Positions 31,818 to 39,734 of a stretch of 64,000 nt of DNA are shown here, in pieces. A program made the position numbers and the translations under genes. The notes beneath the pieces are model-generated. The model was given only the letters and a program-made list of their open reading frames with translations, was not told the origin of the DNA and searched no databases. Every line of letters starts with the position of its first letter. Position 1 is the first letter of the stretch. The stretch is from Verrucomicrobiia bacterium (GTDB lineage Bacteria; Verrucomicrobiota; Verrucomicrobiia; Limisphaerales; UBA1319): NCBI GenBank assembly GCA_963664225.1, contig OY760937.1, forward strand, positions 3,392,001-3,456,000, in the 5' to 3' direction.

Positions 31818-33302
31818 ATGAGCAATCAAACAGTGGTGAACGAAACTCTGATTCGTGAAGTGGTGGAACAGGTGCTGGGTCGCCTGGGCCAGGCCAAGGC
31901 CGCGTCAGCCAGTGGTAATGGCGGCTGCAACGTCCCGCCTGCGGCGCCGCGCGCGGTTTCTTCGGTCCGGCATTTCGGCGTGTTCCAGGATGCCCGTGAG
32001 GCGTGCGAAGCGGCGGCGGTCGCGTTTGCCCAGCTTTCGAAATTGGGCCTGGCGGGCCGGCGCAAGGTGATCGAGTTGGTGAAGGAAATTTCGTTCGCGA
32101 ACTCCGCTGTGTGGGGCAAGCTCGAGTTGGAAGAGACGCATATCGGTCGTCTGGACCATAAGATCGAGAAGCTCACGGGTCTGCGCGGGTTGCCGGGCGT
32201 CGAGTTTTTGCAGCCTTACGCGTTGAGCGGGGATCACGGGATCATGCTGGAGGAATACGCTCCATTCGGTGTCATTGGCGCGGTTACGCCCTCCACGCAT
32301 TCCATTCCCACCATGGCGGCCAATATCATCAGCATGGCGGCGGCGGGTAACAGCGTGGTGTTCAATCCCCATCCCGGCGCGGTCAAATGCGCGGTGGTGG
32401 CGGCCCGGGTGTTCAATGAGGCGATCTTCGGGGAACTGGGCATCGAGAACCTGGCTTGCGTCATCGAGCAGCCGACGCTCGAATCCTTCCAGGCCATTGC
32501 GAAGAACGAGAATGTCAAACTGCTGTGCGTCACCGGCGGCCCCGGCGTGGTCAAGGCGGCCATGTCCACAGGCAAGCGCGCCATCTGCGCCGGTCCCGGC
32601 AATCCTCCCGTGCTGGTGGACGAAACCGCCGAGATCGAAAGAGCGGCCCGTGCGGTGATTTTGGGCGGGGCCTACGATAACAATTTGCTCTGCATCGGTG
32701 AGAAGGAAGTCTTCGTTCTCGATGGAGTGGCGGATGCCTTCATGAGCGCCCTGGAAAAAAACGGCGCGGCCCGGATCAATGCGCAGCAGTTGGAGCGGTT
32801 GACCAAGGAAGCCTTTGTTTTCCCCGAAGGGCAGGGTGGGGGTTGCAGTCATGCGGCGGTCAGCCGTCAATTGATCGGCAGGGACGCCTCGGTGCTGGCG
32901 CGCATTGCCGGAGCCCGCGTTCCGGATGGGACTCAGTTGCTTTTTGCGGAAACCGACGCGAATCACCTCTTTGTTGAAGAGGAACAAATGATGCCGTTCG
33001 TTCCCATCGTGCGCGTGCGCAGTGTCGAGGAAGGCATTGCCGCGGCGAAGAAGGCCGAGCACGGTTACAAACACTCGGCGATCATTCATTCCCACAACGT
33101 CTCGAACATGACGGCGATGGGCAAGGCGCTCGACACCACGTTGTTCATCAAGAACGGCGCTTGTGTGGCCGGTCTGGGCAGCGGCGGCGAGGGTTACTCG
33201 AATTTCTCCATCGCCACAACCACCGGCGAAGGCATTTGCACGCCGCGCACCTTCACCCGCACCCGTCGATGCGTGTTGGTGGATAATTTGCGGATCGTTT
33301 AA
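31818..33302 (+). CDS. CoA-acylating aldehyde dehydrogenase (EutE/PduP family) with encapsulation peptide
   Basis: PFGVIG, TGGPGVV, AGPGNPP, DNNLLCIGEK catalytic Cys, TTTGEG; N-terminal LIREVVEQVLGRL. Confidence 0.95.
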   Translation: MSNQTVVNETLIREVVEQVLGRLGQAKAASASGNGGCNVPPAAPRAVSSVRHFGVFQDAREACEAAAVAFAQLSKLGLAGRRKVIELVKEISFANSAVWGKLELEETHIGRLDHKIEKLTGLRGLPGVEFLQPYALSGDHGIMLEEYAPFGVIGAVTPSTHSIPTMAANIISMAAAGNSVVFNPHPGAVKCAVVAARVFNEAIFGELGIENLACVIEQPTLESFQAIAKNENVKLLCVTGGPGVVKAAMSTGKRAICAGPGNPPVLVDETAEIERAARAVILGGAYDNNLLCIGEKEVFVLDGVADAFMSALEKNGAARINAQQLERLTKEAFVFPEGQGGGCSHAAVSRQLIGRDASVLARIAGARVPDGTQLLFAETDANHLFVEEEQMMPFVPIVRVRSVEEGIAAAKKAEHGYKHSAIIHSHNVSNMTAMGKALDTTLFIKNGACVAGLGSGGEGYSNFSIATTTGEGICTPRTFTRTRRCVLVDNLRIV

Positions 33303-33309
33303 TCAAACC

Positions 33310-33597
33310 ATGAACCTCTGCCGCGTCGAAGGCAATCTGACCGCCACCCGGAAACATTCCAGTTTCCAGGGCTGGCGCTTTCTGATCTGCCAGCCGATTG
33401 GCCCGGGCGGAGAACCGGAGGGCGCGCCCGTGGTGGCCATCGATGGCCTCGGCGCCGGTTTGCATGAGCGGGTGCTCGTCTCGACGGATGGCATGGCCGC
33501 GCGGCTTGCCGTGAAAGACCCCAAAAGTCCCGCCCGCATGATGATTGTCGCCATTGTGGACGAGGTGGAAGCGGCAGCGAAAGGGGCGGCCCGATGA
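33310..33597 (+). CDS. BMC-P vertex protein 2
   Basis: RVEGNLTATRKH..VAIDGLGAG..IVAIVD. Confidence 0.92.
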   Translation: MNLCRVEGNLTATRKHSSFQGWRFLICQPIGPGGEPEGAPVVAIDGLGAGLHERVLVSTDGMAARLAVKDPKSPARMMIVAIVDEVEAAAKGAAR

Positions 33598-33896
33598 GAC
33601 TCGGAAAAGTCATAGGCCGCGTGACCTTGAGCCAGACGATCCCCGCTCTCAAGGGGGCGCGCTGGTTTCTCGTGAGCCCATTTACACGGGATCATTTTCA
33701 ACAGGGCGAAGTTGCGCCCGCGGGATTGAGCAAGGACCCTTCGCCGGTCGTCTATGACGATCTGGGCGCCGGAGTTGGCGATACGATCGGTTACATTGAA
33801 GGTCGGGAGGCGGCGATGCCCTTTCCCCAGCCGACGCCGATTGACGCAATCAATGCCGCCATTATTGACCAGGTTTTTTACACACCATTTAAATGA
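33594..33896 (+). CDS. BMC-P vertex protein 3 (divergent)
   Basis: GKVIGRVTLS..YDDLGAGVG..EGREAA..PIDAINAAIID. Confidence 0.9.
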   Translation: MRLGKVIGRVTLSQTIPALKGARWFLVSPFTRDHFQQGEVAPAGLSKDPSPVVYDDLGAGVGDTIGYIEGREAAMPFPQPTPIDAINAAIIDQVFYTPFK

Positions 33897-34948
33897 AAAC
33901 TCTTATTAGCGCTCGTGATGTCGAAGAATTGCTCCGCAAAGGCGGCAATCTGGATTCCCTGCCGACCGACGCCATTTATACGCCGTCGGCCATCGATCTG
34001 ATCCGCGACTCGAAGAACGGCAAGGTGTCCCAGCCGGTTGTCCAGGCCAAATCCGAATCCGGTGCGCCAGCGCCAGCCTCCGCAATTCCCAAGGCCTCGG
34101 CTCCCGCGGCGGAGCTCGAAAAGTATTTTAACTCGCCCGAGGTTCACGCCCTCAAGGAATTGATCTGCGGCGTCGGTCACCGTTTGTGGCAGCGCAATTA
34201 CGTGGATGGCAACGGCGGCAATATCTCGATCCGCCTCTCGGACGAACTGGTTCTTTGCACGCCCACGCTCGTTTCCAAGGGCGCGCTCAAGCCTGCGGAC
34301 CTGTGCCTTGTGGACATGGAGGGCAAACAGCTTGCCGGCGTCAAGCCGCGCACGAGCGAAGTGCTCATGCATCTCCAGATCATGAAGGCCCAGCCCAAGG
34401 CCAAAGCCTGCGTTCACGCGCATCCGGCCCACGCCTCGGCTTTTGCAGTGGCAGGCATTGAACCTCCGACCTGCATGATGCCCGAGTACGAGGTGTTCTG
34501 CGCGGTGGCGGTCGCCCCCTATCGCACTCCCGGCACGCCGGAAATGGGCAAGCTCATCGCGGAACTGGTCGATAAGCACAACACGATTTTGATGGCCAAT
34601 CACGGCGTCGTGGCCTGGAGCCATAACAGCGTGGAAGAGGCCTACTGGCGGATGGAAATCATCGAGGCCTACTGCCGCACGATCGTCATCGCGTCGCAGT
34701 TGGGCAAGCCGATGAGTGGCTTCAGCTCGAAACACCTTCAGGATTTGCTCGCCATCAAAAAGAAGCTCGGCTTTGTCGATCCCCGGTTCGACCTCAAGGA
34801 ATGCGAGCTCTGCGACAACAGCGAGTGGAATCCGGGCATAAACTGCCAGATACCCACGGAAAAACCGGTCGCGGCGGAATCGAGTGCCGAGGCGGAGCAA
34901 TTGGTGAAGACGATCACGGACATGCTCGTCGCGAAAATGAAGGGCTGA
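33893..34948 (+). CDS. Class II aldolase (fuculose/rhamnulose-1-phosphate aldolase-like) with C-terminal encapsulation peptide
   Basis: GGNIS, TSE..MH, HAHP and NHG Zn ligands; C-terminal AEQLVKTITDMLVAKM. Confidence 0.93.
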   Translation: MKTLISARDVEELLRKGGNLDSLPTDAIYTPSAIDLIRDSKNGKVSQPVVQAKSESGAPAPASAIPKASAPAAELEKYFNSPEVHALKELICGVGHRLWQRNYVDGNGGNISIRLSDELVLCTPTLVSKGALKPADLCLVDMEGKQLAGVKPRTSEVLMHLQIMKAQPKAKACVHAHPAHASAFAVAGIEPPTCMMPEYEVFCAVAVAPYRTPGTPEMGKLIAELVDKHNTILMANHGVVAWSHNSVEEAYWRMEIIEAYCRTIVIASQLGKPMSGFSSKHLQDLLAIKKKLGFVDPRFDLKECELCDNSEWNPGINCQIPTEKPVAAESSAEAEQLVKTITDMLVAKMKG

Positions 34949-35000
34949 GGGTCGGTTTATTAGTTTTTTGGTCAACGCGGAATCCAGACATCAAACGAGT

Positions 35001-35927
35001 ATGAAAGTAACCATTATTGGCGGCGGCGGTCGGGTGGGAAGTTGCGCGGCGTTCGCATTGCAATGCGGCGGTGTGGTTTCTGAGATTCAACTTTTGGACG
35101 CCAATGTGGCCATGGCCGAGGGCGAGGCGCTGGACCTGCTCCATGGTTCGTCCTTCTGCGCCGACCAGCGGATTTACGCGGGCGATTACGCGCGCGCTGC
35201 GGATAGCGATGTGTTCCTCATCACGGCCGGCCTGCGCCGCAAGCCCGATGAATCGCGTCTGGACCTGATCAACCGCAATGTCTCGCTCTTCATGCAGATC
35301 CTCGCGGGGATCAAGACGGCAGGCCTGCGCAAGGACGCCCTCGTTTTTGTGGTCTCCAATCCGGTCGATATCCTGACGCAACTGGCCATGCAACAACTGG
35401 GCCTGCCTTGGAACCAGGTCATGGGCCTGGGCACAATGCTCGACTCGTCGCGTTTCAGCGCGTTCATTGCCGACGAATTCAAGCTCGCCCCCACCCAGGT
35501 CCGGGCGCTCATTCTGGGCGAACACGGGGATTCGATGACCCCGATCTGGTCCTCCGCCAGCGTGGGCGGTCTCCTTCTTACCAGCCTGCCGCAGTGCACA
35601 GCGGGAATCCAAAACAAGCTCTTCGAGCGCACCAAGGGTAGCGGCGCCGAGGTCATTCAGAAAAAGGGCGGTGCGGGTTGGGCCGTCGCGGTGGCCATTC
35701 GCGAAGTGATTCACGCCATTGCCCTCGACCAGAAACGCCTCCTGCCGGTCTCCACATTCCAGCGCGGCTTGTATGACATCCGGGACATCTGCCTGAGCGT
35801 GCCCACCGTGGTCGGCCGCAAGGGAGCCCTCGAACAGGTCGAGCTTACCCTCTGGCCCAAGGAAAAATTGGCGTTGCAGAACTCCGCCAAGGCCCTCAAG
35901 GAAACGCTGGCCAAGGTGAAGGTTTAG
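35001..35927 (+). CDS. Lactate/malate dehydrogenase family protein (PVM dehydrogenase)
   Basis: IIGGGGRVG, ESRLDL, VSNPVD, GTMLDSSR, GEHGD. Confidence 0.93.
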   Translation: MKVTIIGGGGRVGSCAAFALQCGGVVSEIQLLDANVAMAEGEALDLLHGSSFCADQRIYAGDYARAADSDVFLITAGLRRKPDESRLDLINRNVSLFMQILAGIKTAGLRKDALVFVVSNPVDILTQLAMQQLGLPWNQVMGLGTMLDSSRFSAFIADEFKLAPTQVRALILGEHGDSMTPIWSSASVGGLLLTSLPQCTAGIQNKLFERTKGSGAEVIQKKGGAGWAVAVAIREVIHAIALDQKRLLPVSTFQRGLYDIRDICLSVPTVVGRKGALEQVELTLWPKEKLALQNSAKALKETLAKVKV

Positions 35928-35943
35928 TCATTCGGCATGTCAC

Positions 35944-37248
35944 ATGGAAAAATCCCTCGATACAAAACTGGCGCAGATCAAGGCCGACCGTAACTCCAAG
36001 GCCTTCATTATCGCGGATGCCAAGGACGCGGACATGGCCTTTGGCGTGCGCGCTCCCGGGCCACGCGATTATCTTTCGAGCCAGGGCGCCCATGCGGCAC
36101 AATTTTCCCCCGAGGTCTGGACCCGTGACGAGTTCGGCCACCGTAATCTGCCTGAGTTTCTGGACATCATTCGGGATGTGACGCATCAGGGTTTGGTGGA
36201 CATCATGCTCATGTCCGCCAGTGTGAATGAGCGGTTGTCCATCGAGGAAGGTCTATTCAAGAATTCGAAGGTCACGCCCGCCGCCCGCGCCAATGACACC
36301 ACGGATGTCTGGGCCGTGCGGCATGGGACCTACATCAAGGATCCCGCCCAACCCTTTCGCAGCGCCACCATCGATCATATCCAGTGCGGGAAACAGGAAT
36401 GCGCGCGCGATGGCTCGGATTTTCCGGGTGCGAATCTCGGATTATATTCAGTTACTTTCGTCAACGACCTCGAACAGGACCGTGCCACGCTCGAGGCCTT
36501 CAAAGCCTTCCGTCTTGAAGCCGAGAACAAGGGCTTTCGCTATTTTCTCGAAGTGTTCGATCCCAATGTCGATACCGGCATCGCTCCGGAGAAGCTTGGG
36601 GAGTTCATCAACGACAACATCCTGCGAAATCTGGCCGGAGTGACCGAGGCGGGGCGGCCCCTGTTCCTGAAAATCGTTTATCACGGTCCGCGCCTCATGG
36701 AGGAGTTGGCCCAATACGATCCCCAGTTGGTTGTGGGTATTCTCGGCGGCAGCGCGGGCACCACATACGATGCGTTCAAGCTGATCCACGACGCCCAGAA
36801 ATACGGCGCGCGCGTGGCGTTGTTCGGCCGCAAGATCAACGGTGCGGAACACCAGCTCGCGTTCATCGAAATGCTGCGTCTGATCACGGACGGCAAGATC
36901 AGCCCCGAGGAGGCCGTGCGCGCTTATCACGGCGTGCTGCAGGGCTTCGGCATCAAGCCCAAGCTCGCCTTGGAGAAGGATCTTGAGCCGACCGGCCAGG
37001 CCATGAGCTACGGCGGTGAGAAGCCGAAAACGATTGTGAATTTTGCCTCCGCCAAACCGGCTGAAGCGGCCAAATCCGCAGCTCAAACCCCGGTGGAGAA
37101 GCCCAAAGCCCCGGTCGTGAAAGTCCAACCCGGCCCCGCATCTTCCTTGTGGCCCAAAAAAGCGGACGGCTCCCCTGACTTCGAAAAGATGACCTCCGCC
37201 CAGCGCTGCTCCTACGACCTCGCCCGCCTCACCCGAATTTACGGTTGA
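35944..37248 (+). CDS. Uncharacterised TIM-barrel enzyme, class I aldolase (FbaB/LacD)-like
   Basis: FLEVF, FLKIVY (candidate Schiff-base Lys), GILGG and FGRKI motifs; last gene of the BMC operon, 16 bp gap. Confidence 0.6.
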   Translation: MEKSLDTKLAQIKADRNSKAFIIADAKDADMAFGVRAPGPRDYLSSQGAHAAQFSPEVWTRDEFGHRNLPEFLDIIRDVTHQGLVDIMLMSASVNERLSIEEGLFKNSKVTPAARANDTTDVWAVRHGTYIKDPAQPFRSATIDHIQCGKQECARDGSDFPGANLGLYSVTFVNDLEQDRATLEAFKAFRLEAENKGFRYFLEVFDPNVDTGIAPEKLGEFINDNILRNLAGVTEAGRPLFLKIVYHGPRLMEELAQYDPQLVVGILGGSAGTTYDAFKLIHDAQKYGARVALFGRKINGAEHQLAFIEMLRLITDGKISPEEAVRAYHGVLQGFGIKPKLALEKDLEPTGQAMSYGGEKPKTIVNFASAKPAEAAKSAAQTPVEKPKAPVVKVQPGPASSLWPKKADGSPDFEKMTSAQRCSYDLARLTRIYG

Positions 37249-37372
37249 GCCAGGTTTCCTCCTGTCATTGGAGCGCCGACACCCTCCCGCAGCACTGGAG
37301 GTGCGGATTTCTCGAATCCGGCGGTTGAAACCACCGTCCTTGCTCACCTGCCCGAATGAGTCCTGCGGCCAA

Positions 37373-38059
37373 TCACCGTCGCTGGTTATAAGTCTCCAGC
37401 GCGTATTTCTCCACAGCCAGTTCTTCGGCACGGCGCGTCAATGTAACATCCGGAGTCACCGACTCCCATTGCGCCTGAAAATCCTTCGTTGCCGCCTCGC
37501 ACATCGCCTTCTGCCAGACGGTCCGCGTGATTCCCGGCGGCTGCGGCTGAACGGAACCCTGGATTAACAAACCGTTTTTTGTGCGACGCTGCGCCGCCCC
37601 GGCCATCTTCCGACCCCGCCACAACAAATCGTATTTCTCCGCCCCGGCAAAACATTGACCCGGGATTTCCTTGCGCGTTTCCGGGCATAACTCGCTGGCG
37701 ATATTGAGCAGCGCCATCGACGATCGAATCCACTCATGAAGCCGCTGGTAGCTCAGCACCGCCTGCAGCCGATACCACGGGTGCTGCGGCGGAATCGCCA
37801 CGCTGTAAGTCCAGTCCGCCTGGTGCGGCACCAGACCTCCGCCCGTGGGACGGCGCAGCAACGGCCGCAAAAGTGTCCACCGCTCGATATCCGCGTAATG
37901 CTGAAAATAACCAAACGTCGCCGCCGGTTCGTTCCACCCATAGAAACGCAGCACCGGACGCCCGCTCTCCGCCGCGCCCAGCAACAACGCCTCATCCAGC
38001 GCCATATTCCATGTCGCGCCGCACAACCCCGAATCCATCACCAGCCATAATTCAGACAT
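37373..38059 (-). CDS. Lipoate-protein ligase / octanoyltransferase (LplA/LipM family)
   Basis: NMALDEALL, LRFYGW, RRPTGGG, CF, KMAGAAQRR, QGS. Confidence 0.9.
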   Translation of the reverse strand: MSELWLVMDSGLCGATWNMALDEALLLGAAESGRPVLRFYGWNEPAATFGYFQHYADIERWTLLRPLLRRPTGGGLVPHQADWTYSVAIPPQHPWYRLQAVLSYQRLHEWIRSSMALLNIASELCPETRKEIPGQCFAGAEKYDLLWRGRKMAGAAQRRTKNGLLIQGSVQPQPPGITRTVWQKAMCEAATKDFQAQWESVTPDVTLTRRAEELAVEKYALETYNQRR

Positions 38060-38298
38060 GCCGCCCATGATTAAACGGAGACCCCGCCCCCTCCGCAACG
38101 CAAAATCCGGCAATTGCGGGATAGCGACAACCGCCAATCCCAAGATCCAAATTACATTCCACTTTCCATATCCAATATCCCATATTATTAGCGCGGATTA
38201 GTGTGGATTAGCGGTTTCATTCCTTCTTCCGAAAACCCCACGCGCCGGCCATCTCCGAAACTCAAAACCGCCCCTGCATGCGCCATGTATCCTCCGGG

Positions 38299-38402
38299 CA
38301 ACCCGTTCCGGGTTGCAATCATTCAGCCCCGGGTTGCCCGCCGAGGGCTACCCGGGGTCACCGTCCCCCCGGAATTCCCAACGCTGTAGGCGTTGAATCA
38401 AA
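38299..38402 (+). repeat. About 104-bp three-hairpin REP/MITE-like element, copy 1
   Basis: caaccc-gttcc-gggttg, tcagccccgggt..acccgggg, caacgc-tgtag-gcgttg-aatcaaa; homologous copy at 44928. Confidence 0.75.
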
Positions 38403-38790
38403 ACACTTTTGCGTCCTTGACCCAATCATCGCCTCCTCCTAGTTTGAGTTCATTCACGGAGAAATGGGCACACGCAAAACCCGATTGTAAAATGCGTTAC
38501 ATATTGCAGTTCAACGCAAGCACGCTCAGGGACTGTTAATCGAAGTCAAGATGCACCGTAAGAGCCAAACCATGATAACCTGCCACTCGAACATCTCAGC
38601 GACTTATTTCGCGTCCGGCATGGCACACATATTATGCGAGCAGAAGGCGGAGTTTACCTTTATCTCATCGAGAGATATTACAATGGTTTGCCATGACGAA
38701 TCATCCTGAGAGGGAGAATGTTCAACACCGATCCCGTTGCACCCCGGATCGAACCAGTTTTCGCAATCCATACACAAAAGGAAATCAGCC

Positions 38791-39699
38791 ATGTATCTCG
38801 ACCGAATCCATCGTCGGCTCGCCGAACTCGCGGACCTCGGCTGTCTGGAAATGAGCGATGTGGCGCCCTGCACAGAGGAAGACCTCGTCGCACTCGAAAA
38901 GAAGCTCGGCTTCCGCCTGCCGGGCGTCGTTCGCGAGCTCTACTTGTGGGGAGGGAATGACCTCGGCAGTGTGTTTGGCGCAATGGATGTGGTGGACTTC
39001 GGTCAGCACATGGAACACGACTACCGGCCCGGAGCTCGCGAGACACTCCTGGAGGCGGGCGAAGATCCTGCCATCGTGGACGCCCAGGCGCTGATCGTGC
39101 AAGTGGACTGCGATGGCCAGTTTTCTTTTGTCCGAGCCGACCAGGGTGACGATCCGCCAGTTTATACTCACAACGAGCAGGAACCCACTTTCTGCAGTTG
39201 TGCGCGATTCAGCGACTACCTTGCCCTCATGGTGGAGCAGTCCGCCGGGATTGAGGAGATTGAGTTGGTGCGTTCCATCGCGCGTTTACGACGGCTGGCG
39301 GAGCTTCTGGCGCACCAGGTCCGGCATGTCCTGTTCTCCGGTGAAATTCAGTTCGTGACGATACCTGACGAGGTGTTCGAACTGAAGGAACTGCGCAGCT
39401 TGAACCTCGTCGGTAAAGGTCTTCTTGAATTGTCGCCTCGCATTGGAGAACTGGTTTTCCTCAGGCGGCTCGACCTCGCTCGCAACTCGCTTTCGTCGCT
39501 GCCCATGGCACTGACCGAATTGGACGAACTCGAAGAACTGGATCTCGCCGACAACCAGTTGATAACCGTCATCGGCGCACTCCGGAAACTGCCAGCATTG
39601 CGCTTTTGCTGTCTCGCGGGCAACCCCCTGTCCCCGGAGGAACTCAACCAACTCCGAAACGAGTTGCCCCAGATCGAAATCATCTTTGCCCAACCTTGA
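38791..39699 (+). CDS. SMI1/KNR4 (SUKH) domain plus leucine-rich-repeat protein
   Basis: PCTEEDLVALEKKLGFRLP..GDDPPVY..FSDYL SUKH pattern; LxxLxLxxN repeats; purine-rich RBS upstream. Confidence 0.85.
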   Translation: MYLDRIHRRLAELADLGCLEMSDVAPCTEEDLVALEKKLGFRLPGVVRELYLWGGNDLGSVFGAMDVVDFGQHMEHDYRPGARETLLEAGEDPAIVDAQALIVQVDCDGQFSFVRADQGDDPPVYTHNEQEPTFCSCARFSDYLALMVEQSAGIEEIELVRSIARLRRLAELLAHQVRHVLFSGEIQFVTIPDEVFELKELRSLNLVGKGLLELSPRIGELVFLRRLDLARNSLSSLPMALTELDELEELDLADNQLITVIGALRKLPALRFCCLAGNPLSPEELNQLRNELPQIEIIFAQP

Positions 39700-39734
39700 G
39701 CCAAAGAGACACCTTCGTAATACCACTTCACCGC

